Shown in pieces: positions 8,224 through 18,751 of a stretch of DNA of 64,000 nt. Source of the stretch: a virus. How positions within the stretch are numbered: position 1 is the first letter of the stretch; the number at the start of each line of letters is the position of its first letter. The stretch lies in IMG/VR virus record IMGVR_UViG_3300029268_000006, positions 1 to 64,000 of that record, one strand, 5' to 3'. The notes under the pieces were generated by a model that was not told where the DNA came from, searched no databases, and saw nothing but the letters and a program-made list of their open reading frames with translations. Made by a program: the position numbers and the translations under genes.

Positions 8224-10178
8224 CTTAAGAATGATTCAAGTTGTTCGACTGTCCAAATAGTCATTCCGTATTCTAAAGCTTTCTTTTCTTTTGAAGAACC
8301 ACTACCGATGGATTTCATAATCAAATTTGTGCAGTTTCTACTTATTGAATCCACTACTTTTCCACTTTCTTGTTGAATTTTTTGCTCTAAATCCTTACGC
8401 CTTATACCCGTAAAAATGAAAGTCATACCAATACATTTACTTCCAGTTGGTGTAAAAGGTTCATCTTTTTTTATTGTGATTGGAAGTGTAGACAACCATT
8501 TAAAGAAACGATCATAATTACTACAATAAATAATAGCCGATGTTTCTTCGAAACCTTTTATTTTTTTAACGTCAGTAACTGAAGGTTTTTGTGTGAAGTG
8601 TTCTAACAGAATAAGTTTTTTACTTCCTAAACTGAAACCACTTGTTGGGTCAGTAAAGAATCCTGATGCGTGTTGTAATTTTGATAACGTAATTCCATCA
8701 ATTTTAGAATGAATATCATCGTAGATATTTGATGATTTAGTATCGCCCATTCGTTCTAATTTTCTGAAATCATCAATTGACATATCAATAATTTTTTCAA
8801 TTGTATCATATCCTGAATTGAATAACTGTCGAAAAGTGGTCTCCCTCACATTTTCAACACCAAGAATATCAAAAAAAGACGTAATCTGTTTTATTATTTT
8901 GTCAGAGCAATTATTATTAGTACACATTAAATGTGTGTTGGTATCATTCCAAATTAATGTAGTGTTACAACAAGGACAATTTGATGGTAATGATAATTGT
9001 TTATCTGATTTTTTTACAACGTCAATTATAAGAGGTATAACACTTCCACTTCTACAAATTCTTACTCGTGTTCCAGTACCACCTAACTTAATAACATTTT
9101 TTATATTATTACAAGTTACATTACTAACCAATGCACCATCAAGCATAATTGGTTCTACTTGGGCAACTGGTATTAGGAAACCCATTTTCGATATTTCAAA
9201 TGTAATATTAAGAATTGTGGTTTCTTTCACTTCTTCAAAGGATGCTTTATAAGCTCTCGCATAACCCGGATTCATCACAAGTGGGTTATCTTTGGTTGAT
9301 CTTTCTGAATTAATACTTTTTCTTAAATCTTTATCATTTACTTCAATAACAAGTCCATCAATTTCGAAATTTTTATTCCATTCATCAAAAACACATCTTA
9401 AATATTCAGCATTCAAATTATCAATAGTTTGAAGAATATAAGGGACTTGAAAGTTGTCATCATTGAAATATTGATTTAAAATATCAAGTTGTACACTTTT
9501 ATCCAAATCCATACCACAATGAAAACTATATCTCATATAAACAACATCATTAAATGCTGGTTTATTTTCTTTTTTATATTTGTTGAAAAGGCCACCAACA
9601 CGATTTCTACCATTATCAAATCCATTTTCATCGCCCAAAGCTTTTTTTGAATGTTTTTTCAGAAACACATCTTTTGTTATAAGTGCTTCACCAGTGGTAT
9701 AAATAAATGGTGCGTATTGATATGATTGTAAAAAAGATTCAATTTTATCTTTTGAATATTTTTCCATCACATCCTTAAAATGTGGATCAGAATTTTGACC
9801 AATTGCACCATCACCTCTTGTCCAAGCTTTCGATGCTTTAACATCATTTAAAATAGAAAGACCGTCATATTTTGGTGTAATACAAAGAACGGTATCGAGA
9901 GGAATCCCCTTTTTAATCATCCAAGCTTTTAATTCTTCATAAGATTTAACCTTATTCATTGATGCCATAATCAATGGAAGATTTTCTTTACGATCATCAT
10001 CTGGTGGCGTTTCACCAACTTTTGTAACTCTTTTATTATCAGGATCTAAATCGTCTAATTCTTCAATGTGTGAATCATAAACAGAATCAGGGACGATTTG
10101 TTTACCTTCAAATCTGTAAGAATAATTCCATTGATCTAAAAGGATTTCTAATTCTTTAATTCTTTCGGTGTTTTCCAT
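8220..10178 (-). CDS. ligA: NAD-dependent DNA ligase
   Basis: KYDG adenylation motif, IDGLVI, zinc finger CPCC, C-terminal BRCT (FIFTG). Start placed at M10 because a promoter box overlaps the track start. Confidence 0.95.
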   Translation of the reverse strand: MENTERIKELEILLDQWNYSYRFEGKQIVPDSVYDSHIEELDDLDPDNKRVTKVGETPPDDDRKENLPLIMASMNKVKSYEELKAWMIKKGIPLDTVLCITPKYDGLSILNDVKASKAWTRGDGAIGQNSDPHFKDVMEKYSKDKIESFLQSYQYAPFIYTTGEALITKDVFLKKHSKKALGDENGFDNGRNRVGGLFNKYKKENKPAFNDVVYMRYSFHCGMDLDKSVQLDILNQYFNDDNFQVPYILQTIDNLNAEYLRCVFDEWNKNFEIDGLVIEVNDKDLRKSINSERSTKDNPLVMNPGYARAYKASFEEVKETTILNITFEISKMGFLIPVAQVEPIMLDGALVSNVTCNNIKNVIKLGGTGTRVRICRSGSVIPLIIDVVKKSDKQLSLPSNCPCCNTTLIWNDTNTHLMCTNNNCSDKIIKQITSFFDILGVENVRETTFRQLFNSGYDTIEKIIDMSIDDFRKLERMGDTKSSNIYDDIHSKIDGITLSKLQHASGFFTDPTSGFSLGSKKLILLEHFTQKPSVTDVKKIKGFEETSAIIYCSNYDRFFKWLSTLPITIKKDEPFTPTGSKCIGMTFIFTGIRRKDLEQKIQQESGKVVDSISRNCTNLIMKSIGSGSSKEKKALEYGMTIWTVEQLESFLS

Positions 10179-10202
10179 TTTATATTGTTTTGATTTATGA
10201 TA

Positions 10203-10210
10203 CAAAGATA
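10203..10210 (-). promoter_or_regulatory. Bacteroidota-type -7 box TAnnTTTG (TATCTTTG)
   Basis: The same consensus occurs at 12749-12756, 14432-14439, 32951-32958 (minus) and 59163-59170, 59227-59234 (plus), each just upstream of a gene start. Confidence 0.7.
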
Positions 10211-10239
10211 CGATGATTATGTGACATAAAAAAATTTAT

Positions 10240-10479
10240 TTAAATATAATCCTTGAAATTTTTAAACATTTCAGGTGTCATACCTTTCTTTATTAACTTC
10301 ATAGTAAATATTAATTTATCTAACTTTCTATCATCAGCTAAAAACCCACATTTTTTACACCTAAAATAAGCTGCACCGTTCTTATCTTTCCAATTGTGTT
10401 CACAATTGGATTGTTTTTTAATTCTTTTAATTGTGGGATTAAAAAGTTGAATTATTCGTTGTTTTATTTTATCTTCCAT
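10240..10479 (-). CDS. Hypothetical protein with a small zinc-ribbon motif
   Basis: CEHNW...CKKCG. Confidence 0.6.
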   Translation of the reverse strand: MEDKIKQRIIQLFNPTIKRIKKQSNCEHNWKDKNGAAYFRCKKCGFLADDRKLDKLIFTMKLIKKGMTPEMFKNFKDYI

Positions 10480-10691
10480 TATTCATCATCAATTAATCCA
10501 AAATATTCACATACTTTTTCTTTACCAATTTGTTCCAAAATATCATTTATATTAAAATGTGATAAAATTTCATCAATTGTGAATTGGTCTAAAATATTAC
10601 CATTTTCAACATCTTCTAATGATACTTCTAACATCCTATATCCCAAAGGGATTATTTTAGTACTTGATGTTTCTATTTTTAAATCTTTCAT
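10479..10691 (-). CDS. Hypothetical protein
   Basis: ATG at 10691 (MKDLKIE) follows the upstream stop. Confidence 0.55.
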   Translation of the reverse strand: MKDLKIETSSTKIIPLGYRMLEVSLEDVENGNILDQFTIDEILSHFNINDILEQIGKEKVCEYFGLIDDE

Positions 10692-10693
10692 AT

Positions 10694-11056
10694 TTAATTC
10701 CTCCACCACCAATAAGCTAAAACTAAAACGACTACACACCCAATTAAGACACCAGAATAATCTGTTTTTTGATTGGCTTCGTTGGAATCTTTTAGTCTAA
10801 CTGGTTCATATAATTCCCACCCAGTTAAAATAACAGGAACGATGACAGTTTCACTAAAAATGATGGACAAAATAACATTTCCAGCATTAACTTCATAAAC
10901 GACTGTATCTTTCATTTGGGAATTTTCATTTGCCCACCCGAAAGGTTTAGCGGTGAATTCATTACCAGATTTGTCTTTAAATGATTTAGGTTCAGCACAA
11001 GATGTAAATAATGATGTCAAAATAAGACATAAAAATAAAATTTTAATTGTTCGCAT
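10694..11056 (-). CDS. Lipoprotein with C-terminal membrane anchor
   Basis: Signal peptide with lipobox LFTSC and further hydrophobic segments. Confidence 0.7.
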   Translation of the reverse strand: MRTIKILFLCLILTSLFTSCAEPKSFKDKSGNEFTAKPFGWANENSQMKDTVVYEVNAGNVILSIIFSETVIVPVILTGWELYEPVRLKDSNEANQKTDYSGVLIGCVVVLVLAYWWWRN

Positions 11057-11153
11057 TGTTTTTCGATTTTAATTGATTTTTCTAATATTTCTATTTGATG
11101 TTGTTTTTAAGATTAAAGTAAATATAATAAAAATAATTGATATAAAAAAATTT

Positions 11154-12077
11154 TTATCTTCTTCCACCACCACTTCTAATACTTCCACCACTCCCACCAC
11201 TTCGTGATGGTGAAGAATAACTCGGTGAACTTCTTTGTGGGGAATAATAACTCGGTGAACTCCTTTGTGGGGAATAACTCGGTGAACTCCTTTGTGGGGA
11301 ATAACTCGGTGAACTCCTTTGTGGGACACTTCTTTGATATCCCGGATTGGTTGTTCTTTGTGATGGTGTTGAATATCCCGGATTGGTTGTTCTTTGTGAT
11401 GGTGTTGAATAACCCGGATTTGTAGTTCTTTGTGATGGTGTTGAATAACGAGAATTTTGTGTATTTGTTTGTCTTACACTTGGTTGCACACTTCTATAAT
11501 ATTCTTGACTACTTTTAGCTTGTCGATATATTGGAGATGTATAATTTTGTGATTTAGATGTTCTTGAATATTTAGGTTGATTTATTTTGGAATTTTTTTG
11601 GTTTGGTCTGATATAATTGTATTTGGAATTTCTTTGATTTGGTTGTGAATATTTATGATTTAAATTATTCAATCCTTGATGATTCCAATTGTGATGATTA
11701 TGATAATTCCATCCATAATTCCAATAACATCCATAATAAGGATAATAGTAATACGGGTAATAATATGGATAATATGGAAATCCCCAATAATAAGAATAAA
11801 AATAATATGGATAAAATGAATATGGGTTCCACAAATAATATTCAGGACTCCAATAAGAATAGGTTGGTAAAATATTCAAATTGTAATAAGGGACATTGTT
11901 ACTAGAATTAATATAATCATCGTAAAATGTTTGGGATATTTTTATTGTATCTGTTGATTTTGATTTAACAGAATCCACTTCAATCAAATTCCAATCTTTG
12001 TCAATTTTAGTCATGTGTTTTGTGGATGTACAACTTACTAAAATTAAAAGAGTGATATAAAGGAAAAATTTTTTCAT
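11154..12077 (-). CDS. Lipoprotein with Tyr/Pro-rich block and S/P/R/Q repeats
   Basis: Lipobox LVSC; repeats YSTPSQRTTNPG x3 and PQRSSPSYS x4. Confidence 0.75.
   Translation of the reverse strand: MKKFFLYITLLILVSCTSTKHMTKIDKDWNLIEVDSVKSKSTDTIKISQTFYDDYINSSNNVPYYNLNILPTYSYWSPEYYLWNPYSFYPYYFYSYYWGFPYYPYYYPYYYYPYYGCYWNYGWNYHNHHNWNHQGLNNLNHKYSQPNQRNSKYNYIRPNQKNSKINQPKYSRTSKSQNYTSPIYRQAKSSQEYYRSVQPSVRQTNTQNSRYSTPSQRTTNPGYSTPSQRTTNPGYSTPSQRTTNPGYQRSVPQRSSPSYSPQRSSPSYSPQRSSPSYYSPQRSSPSYSSPSRSGGSGGSIRSGGGRR
11218..11440 (-). repeat. 27-nt and 36-nt coding tandem repeats
   Basis: CTCGGTGAACTCCTTTGTGGGGAATAA and CCCGGATTGGTTGTTCTTTGTGATGGTGTTGAATA units, in frame with 11154..12077. Confidence 0.85.
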
Positions 12078-12114
12078 AATTAATAATATTATTTTTCCTT
12101 TATATCAACAAATA

Positions 12115-12744
12115 TTATACCACTTTCAATCCATTTTTAACTATTTTTTCATATTTCCAATGTGAACTGGTTTTTACATGTTTTTCACGCACCCATTTAC
12201 ATACATATTTTTGAAAATCATTATAAGAAAATTCATTTGAAATACGAATAACAAAACCTTCGTTTCTTTCTGTATCTAATTCATTGGCAATTTTAATTAA
12301 GATGTTTTTATCGAATATACCACGATAAATAACTGGAACATGAGTTAATCCCAAAAGATTACACCAAGTAATAGTATCATCATAGGAAAGACAATTGTTA
12401 TTTTCATCCCAAATATTAAATACCATGAAATAAGTTGGTAATTCATTATACACAACGCTGTGGACTGCATATAAATTTTCACCACAAATTCTCCAGTTTT
12501 CTGGAATATCATGTTTTATACTACCCCATAAACCTTTTAACCAATGATTAGATGGATGATCTGTACTATCCAATGAACGGGCATAAATATAATCACGCAT
12601 CAAACTCGAATTTTCACCGTCAAGTTTCAAACTTACAATTATTTCCTTATTTAAAAAGAAATCTAAAGTTTCTATAATTTTATCACCCCTAGTCAAACCT
12701 TTTGAAAAGGGAAGATGCTTTGTTTTTGGATATTTTACTTTCAT
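12115..12744 (-). CDS. ATP-dependent RNA ligase
   Basis: Nucleotidyltransferase motifs KLDGEN, ICGEN, EGFV and KWVR. Confidence 0.9.
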   Translation of the reverse strand: MKVKYPKTKHLPFSKGLTRGDKIIETLDFFLNKEIIVSLKLDGENSSLMRDYIYARSLDSTDHPSNHWLKGLWGSIKHDIPENWRICGENLYAVHSVVYNELPTYFMVFNIWDENNNCLSYDDTITWCNLLGLTHVPVIYRGIFDKNILIKIANELDTERNEGFVIRISNEFSYNDFQKYVCKWVREKHVKTSSHWKYEKIVKNGLKVV

Positions 12745-12823
12745 AATACAAAATTACAAATAATTTTTGAACTAAAAAAATGGAAATATATCAATTTTTT
12801 TAGTTTATATATAAATAAAAATA

Positions 12824-13828
12824 ATGATTGTTTTTATGATATGTCCTTTTTGTAAAAAATTTATTAATAATATGAATACCAAACATATTTATCAATGTGA
12901 TGAAAAACCAAATGAAAATAAAAAAGAATTGAAATATTTGTATGTTTCATATAATTATCCCGAAATAAGTATCAAAGATATATTATTTAAAAAATATCAA
13001 ATTGATTTATGTAGTTTACCTGATATAGAAAAACAATATGGGATACCATATAGTAACACCCTTTTCCTATTAGATTATTTTAATATTAAAAAAAGAACAC
13101 ATGTAGAAAGTGCAAATCTTATAACCACTGTTAAATATAAAAAAACATGTTTATCTAAATATGGTGTTGATAATTTATCGAAACTTGAAAGTGTTAAGAA
13201 TAAAAAAAAACAAACATTCATTAAAAATTACGGTGTTGATAATATTTGGAAAAGTAAAGAATATTATGAATGGTTACACAAATATATGTTTGATACATAT
13301 GGAAAAAAATCATTACCTAATAGATATGGTAAAATGAATGAATATTATGATAGATTATCAGAATATGAAATAAAACACAAGATGGATAAAGCGAGATCGG
13401 CATATATTAAATATTGGTACAATTTAACTGATGAACAAAAAACAGAATTAATTCAAAAAAGATGTACATTCAAATCTAAATTAGAAACAACAATATCAGA
13501 TTGTTTAAATAAATTGAATATATCTTTTCGTTCTCAATATTGGGTTGGTAGAAAATCTTTTGATTTTAAAATAGAACCTAATATTCTTATAGAAGTGAAT
13601 GGAGATTTTTGGCATGGGAATCCTGAAATTTACAAAGATGATGATATAATTCAACAACCATTTAAAAGTGTTATAGCTAAAGATTTATGGATTAAAGATG
13701 AAAATAAAAAATTAATGGCTGAAAATAAAGGATATAAAGTAGTATATTTTTGGGAAAGAGAATTGAAAGAAAACAAAAACAGTATTTTAGATTTCGTTAC
13801 AGATAGATTGGGTCAATATTTTTTGTAA
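12824..13828 (+). CDS. Homing endonuclease-like (Vsr/PD-(D/E)XK) with KYGVDN repeats
   Basis: FDFK..PNILIEVNGDFWHGNP nuclease motif and CLSKYGVDN repeats. Confidence 0.8.
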   Translation: MIVFMICPFCKKFINNMNTKHIYQCDEKPNENKKELKYLYVSYNYPEISIKDILFKKYQIDLCSLPDIEKQYGIPYSNTLFLLDYFNIKKRTHVESANLITTVKYKKTCLSKYGVDNLSKLESVKNKKKQTFIKNYGVDNIWKSKEYYEWLHKYMFDTYGKKSLPNRYGKMNEYYDRLSEYEIKHKMDKARSAYIKYWYNLTDEQKTELIQKRCTFKSKLETTISDCLNKLNISFRSQYWVGRKSFDFKIEPNILIEVNGDFWHGNPEIYKDDDIIQQPFKSVIAKDLWIKDENKKLMAENKGYKVVYFWERELKENKNSILDFVTDRLGQYFL

Positions 13829-13848
13829 TTTTCTATTTCTTGTAAAAT

Positions 13849-14186
13849 TTATGTACTGTTCTTCCGACATCCATATACAACTTTTACCATCAAATACCAA
13901 AAAATTATCTGGATTATTATATAGAGATGACCCATTAATTTATATCCATATTCATTAACCTCAATATTTGGTTCACCATCTATTAATTCACATGGATCTT
14001 TTTCACCAAAACGAAAAACATCATAATATCGATCAACAGTTTTATTTTCCATATTTAATAAATAATACAAATCCCAACCATATAAAACTGAAATAAAGTT
14101 TATGGACAAAATGTGGTTTTTTCCAAAGTATAAATCACCTTTGGTTTGAATGAAAACTTTGGTGATTTATGAATTGGTATTTTCAT
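13849..14186 (-). pseudogene. Frameshifted small gene
   Basis: ATG 14186 (ATGA overlap) gives 28 aa. Removing 2 nt at about 14130 joins it to ORF 13849..14109. Confidence 0.4.
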
Positions 14187-14407
14187 ATTTCTTTTATTTC
14201 TTTAATTCTTCTGTAAGAATATTTAGTATTTTCACTCACTTCCAAGTAATTACCAAATTTCATTGAATATTTTGGTATAAATATTTCTTGATAATCCGCT
14301 GGTCTATTACGGCCACCAAATTTCCCTCTTGATCTTTGATAAACAATAATATGATCTTTAAAAGTATCTATTTTAATGTTATCCCATTCTTCTTTTTTCA
14401 TAAACAA
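14183..14407 (-). CDS. Hypothetical protein
   Basis: ORF preceded by a TAATTTTG box. Confidence 0.6.
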   Translation of the reverse strand: MFMKKEEWDNIKIDTFKDHIIVYQRSRGKFGGRNRPADYQEIFIPKYSMKFGNYLEVSENTKYSYRRIKEIKEI

Positions 14408-14538
14408 TAGTTAATACTTTTCTATTTTATACAAAATTAAACAAAAAAGATTTATGAAAAAAATTATATATAGTTATAATGTAAAAAAAAAATTGAAAAA
14501 AAGATTTAATATATAAATAAAAAATAAGAAAAATTAAC

Positions 14539-14688
14539 ATGAAAAAATTAGAAAACTTATTAGATTTTGAAGATTTCAAATCGAGTTGGAAAGAAAAAGA
14601 ACAAAAGAAAACAAAGAGAACCGAAATTGGATTGGATATTGTTGAAGAAAATGTTGAAAATATTGAATTTAAAAATGATAAAAAATGA
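14539..14688 (+). CDS. Small protein (49 aa) with LLDFEDF motif
   Basis: Manual translation MKKLENLLDFEDFKSS...; TAATATATA lies upstream. Confidence 0.5.
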   Translation: MKKLENLLDFEDFKSSWKEKEQKKTKRTEIGLDIVEENVENIEFKNDKK

Positions 14689-14748
14689 AAATTAACAAAA
14701 AAGTGAGTTTTTTGTTTTAATATATACTTAAAAAATAATTAAAATAAT

Positions 14749-17700
14749 ATGCCAATAGAAAATAAAAACTTAGGTAAATACAAAAGACCGGGTATATATA
14801 TCAATGAAATTGATCAGTCAATTCTTGAACTTCCTATTCAAGATGTTTTGATAAATTTGGTTCCGGGTTTTTCAAAAAAAGGACCTTTTAACAGACCAGT
14901 AAGAGTTGATAGTCCAGCAGAATTTGAAGCTATTTTTGGAACCATTGATAAAAATTTAGAAAATAAGGGATCATTTTTCCATAGAACAGTTGAAGATATG
15001 TTGAATACCGGTCCAATTTGGGCATTAAGTTTATTGAAAACTGATCCGAATAGGGATACGTTAGAATGGGAATCCATATCAACAGCTGCAAAATATGATA
15101 ATGGACTAAAAAATACAGCCCCATATGAAAGATTTTTCAATAGACAAGATTTTTGGGAAAGGGATTCGGAATCTTTTGGTGATATTGTTACTGGTGAATA
15201 TATTGATCACCCAACTATTCAACCGAACCCAAATAATGATATATTTAGTATAACAAATATTGGAAATATACGTTCAACTATTTGGTTATTTAAATCAAGT
15301 ATCACCGGATTTGATGTTACCGCAGAAAGTTGGTATGGTGGTTCTGAAAAAGTTCCATTATTTATGAATCCGAAAGATTTGATGTCAGATTATATTATTT
15401 CAGTTTTGGCAGTGGGTGGTGATTGGACACAAAATGAAACCTTGTCTGTCGATTCATATTGGGGGAAATATTTCAATAGTAATGGTCTTATCAAATCACA
15501 AGTTTCTAATTTCTGGAACGATTCATTAACTAATACAATAGCATATTATGATGTTTCTTTAATTCCAAATTTTAGAGATTTAAATGATGTTGATATGTAT
15601 ATAAAGGATGTCATCAATAGTCAAACAGACAAAACTGGTTTGTTCTGTTATTTTAATGAAGAAGCTTTATTGAGTTCTGATTTTTATAAAGGAAATATTG
15701 ATTTAATTGGACAAACATTGGTCGGTTCATCCAAAAAATCAATTGATTTTCTTTCATATAATGGAAGTATAAGCGAAACACAAATATATTCTGAAAAGAA
15801 TTTAGATGGATTAAATAGTCCAACTAATGTTTTTGGAAATTTAAATTCCACATTTCCAAGTGGTAGAACAGCAACATATACAAACTGGTATACAAATATT
15901 TCACCAAGTGGTAATACAATGGCTGGTAAAAATGATACCTATGTTTATAATATATCATCAATTGATGATTCATATAATATTACACTCACTGACACACCTG
16001 CATTAATGTCAGTTGATGATATTATTTATTTTAATAAATCATTTAGTGAAGTTGATACAACAACCCCATATTACATTTTATCCATAGATACGACAAAAAT
16101 AAAAATTTCTGAAACAAAAGGTGGACCAATTGTCCCACTTATAAGTGGAACTATCACAAATGTTTTCATTTATTGTTTAAAACAAAATTTTGTTGATTCG
16201 AGTAGTGAGATAGCTGATCAATGGTCATATATTATTGGTCAAACCAAATATAGTGGTGATACAAAATTAACATCACATAATTTATTTTTTGATCCGTTCG
16301 CTATTTATCAAAGTGGTGCAACATATTCAAGATATGATGTTCTTTATTTGGATAGTGATTATTCAACTGTTCATACTTTAAAAGGTAATCAGTCTATTGG
16401 AATTGATCCAACATTACCAAATTATTTGTTGAGTAACGAAACTACTATTTTATTGGGATATGTCAAATTACAATATAATAGTGGATTGACTTCAGATCTT
16501 ATAAATTTCGGATATACATATACTGGAATTTCTGTTACTGCCGGAAATAGTTACAAACAATTATCTGGTGGAACTGATATAACAGCATTAAGTGGTACAA
16601 CTACAAATGGTATTAAATATTTAGATTTAATATTTGTTGATACAAAGGGTTCGACTGTTTATACCAATTATAATAAAATGAGAAAAATAAAAATCTTTAA
16701 TGAAATTTATACTAATTTATTAAACAATAAAGGTGTTATTATAAGTGGTGGTTGGTCTTCGGGTGGTGGTTACGGTGATAAATTTCCAATAACATCACCA
16801 ACTATTTATGCACAAACAACAACTACTGATGCTTATATAAGAATCTATTTCAATACAACAGATACAGTTTATCCGTTTGATTATTTTAAAACAGCAGATG
16901 GAAGTTTCTTAATTTATTATATTGATAATGAATTTGTAATGCCACTTATTAATCCTGTTAATACATTAATTACAACAAATCTACCATTGAGTGGTGTACC
17001 ATCAAAGACTGGTATTGTTGCAAAATGGAGTAATTTATATCAAGATTATTATAATGGTGTAATTAACAATGGTGATTATTTTTATATCGATAATGTAAGT
17101 GGTGATACAATGCAAAAAGTGTTTTTAAAGATGTATTTGATAGACGATGTTGATGGTGTTGAAAATTTGACTATTAAATTTGTTGATGAAAACGGAGAAA
17201 CTGTTGAGATTAGTCAATGGGAGAATAGTTATTTATCTAAACTTATTATTTATTCTGATAAGGCAAATTTAAAAGAAACTATTGAAATTGAAAATCCAGA
17301 TGATATCACAGATACAACAAATACTCGTTGGATTTATGTTGATAAAACTAGATATTCACATATCAAAAGAGGATTATATTTAGAAGCATATTATGATACT
17401 ACATATTATGATGATCCTACTGGAGAAGGTTATTTGGCAGGAATGGTTCCAAGAAAACTTGTTAGAATTATAGATATAAAGAATGATACGGTTGATACAA
17501 CTAGAAAAATTTTATATGCCGATGGTTCTATTAAAATTTCTAATAATGGTACTACCTTAGATCCTGATTATTATACTACTGTTTATACTTCAATAGATAA
17601 TTATTTTACTGAATATAAAGGTTTGACAATGAAACCATTTACAGTTCACGTAGATTCTATTCCAAATGGAACAGATGATCGTCAAATGGAAATTTTATCA

Positions 17701-18657
17701 GTAGTAGATAAAACAACAAATTTAGCTAAGGGTTTGGCCAATAAAAATAGAATCAGTTGGAGATACTTAGTTGATGGTTTTGGTTTAGGTTTAACACATA
17801 ACTCAAAACAAGAATTTGTTGATCTTTGTGGTTTGAAACTTAATTGTCTTGGTTTCTTAAATATGCCGAGTGTTCGTCAATTAAAAACATCATTAAATCC
17901 TTCGTTTATTAATGATGATAGAACCTTAAACACAGAATATTTGAAAGAAGGGGGAAATCAAGATACAAATCCTAGTTTCTTATATAGTTTTGGTGAAGGT
18001 GATGGTAGATCAACTGTTGGATATTTCTTCCCATATGTTAAGGATGTTAATGATGTCACAAAATTCATTCCACCATCAGCCAAAGTTGCGAAAGCTTATA
18101 TGAGTAAGTTTCTCACAACAACAGCTGGTATATATCCTTGGACTATTGTAGCCGGATCTATTTTGGGTAAATTACCAGATGTTGGTTCAACTGAAATGAG
18201 ATTCACTGACGATAATTTGTTGGATTTAATGGAAATGGGTTCAAATCCGATTGATTTTACTCAACAAAGAGGATACTATATTAATTCGGAAAATACCGCA
18301 CAAGTGTTCCCATATAGTTCATTAAGTGTAATTCATAGTCGTGAAGTTCTTATTGAACTTGAAAATAGATTATATGACATGTTGTTAAATTATCAATGGA
18401 GGTTTAATACCTCAGAAATAAGAAATGAAATCAAAAGTAGAGCAGATCAAATTTGTAAAGAATTATTAGACGCTAGTGCTTTATACGATTTCAAAAATAT
18501 TATGGATAAATCAAACAATACCAACTACATAATCGATTTACAGATGGGTGTACTTGATACATATTGTGAGGTGATCAAAGGAATGGGTGTTATTGTGAAC
18601 AATATTACAATATTGAAAAAAGGTACAATTTCATCGTCCGGTTTCTTACCAAAATAA
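14749..18657 (+). CDS. gp18: Contractile tail sheath protein (1302 aa, large central insertion)
   Basis: N-terminal RPGIYINEID...GFSKKGPFNRPV; C-terminal PPSAKVA, GSNPI and REVLIELE conserved sheath segments. Confidence 0.9.
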   Translation: MPIENKNLGKYKRPGIYINEIDQSILELPIQDVLINLVPGFSKKGPFNRPVRVDSPAEFEAIFGTIDKNLENKGSFFHRTVEDMLNTGPIWALSLLKTDPNRDTLEWESISTAAKYDNGLKNTAPYERFFNRQDFWERDSESFGDIVTGEYIDHPTIQPNPNNDIFSITNIGNIRSTIWLFKSSITGFDVTAESWYGGSEKVPLFMNPKDLMSDYIISVLAVGGDWTQNETLSVDSYWGKYFNSNGLIKSQVSNFWNDSLTNTIAYYDVSLIPNFRDLNDVDMYIKDVINSQTDKTGLFCYFNEEALLSSDFYKGNIDLIGQTLVGSSKKSIDFLSYNGSISETQIYSEKNLDGLNSPTNVFGNLNSTFPSGRTATYTNWYTNISPSGNTMAGKNDTYVYNISSIDDSYNITLTDTPALMSVDDIIYFNKSFSEVDTTTPYYILSIDTTKIKISETKGGPIVPLISGTITNVFIYCLKQNFVDSSSEIADQWSYIIGQTKYSGDTKLTSHNLFFDPFAIYQSGATYSRYDVLYLDSDYSTVHTLKGNQSIGIDPTLPNYLLSNETTILLGYVKLQYNSGLTSDLINFGYTYTGISVTAGNSYKQLSGGTDITALSGTTTNGIKYLDLIFVDTKGSTVYTNYNKMRKIKIFNEIYTNLLNNKGVIISGGWSSGGGYGDKFPITSPTIYAQTTTTDAYIRIYFNTTDTVYPFDYFKTADGSFLIYYIDNEFVMPLINPVNTLITTNLPLSGVPSKTGIVAKWSNLYQDYYNGVINNGDYFYIDNVSGDTMQKVFLKMYLIDDVDGVENLTIKFVDENGETVEISQWENSYLSKLIIYSDKANLKETIEIENPDDITDTTNTRWIYVDKTRYSHIKRGLYLEAYYDTTYYDDPTGEGYLAGMVPRKLVRIIDIKNDTVDTTRKILYADGSIKISNNGTTLDPDYYTTVYTSIDNYFTEYKGLTMKPFTVHVDSIPNGTDDRQMEILSVVDKTTNLAKGLANKNRISWRYLVDGFGLGLTHNSKQEFVDLCGLKLNCLGFLNMPSVRQLKTSLNPSFINDDRTLNTEYLKEGGNQDTNPSFLYSFGEGDGRSTVGYFFPYVKDVNDVTKFIPPSAKVAKAYMSKFLTTTAGIYPWTIVAGSILGKLPDVGSTEMRFTDDNLLDLMEMGSNPIDFTQQRGYYINSENTAQVFPYSSLSVIHSREVLIELENRLYDMLLNYQWRFNTSEIRNEIKSRADQICKELLDASALYDFKNIMDKSNNTNYIIDLQMGVLDTYCEVIKGMGVIVNNITILKKGTISSSGFLPK

Positions 18658-18676
18658 AAATGTTTGATAACTACAT

Positions 18677-18708
18677 AAAAAAGGGGATTTATTTCCCCTT
18701 TTTTTTTT
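18677..18708 (+). terminator. Rho-independent terminator
   Basis: AAAAAAGGGGA-TTTATT-TCCCCTTTTTTTTTT. Confidence 0.8.
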
Positions 18709-18751
18709 ATTTATTAAACTTTATATTTTTTATTTAATATATTGATTATAT

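Noticed and set aside
11218-11440. CRISPR-like regular repeats
   Set aside because: No unique spacers; the units are in-frame coding repeats of the lipoprotein.
14130-14170. 10-bp inverted repeat as a possible ncRNA
   Set aside because: Lies within a probable frameshifted coding sequence; no further structure.
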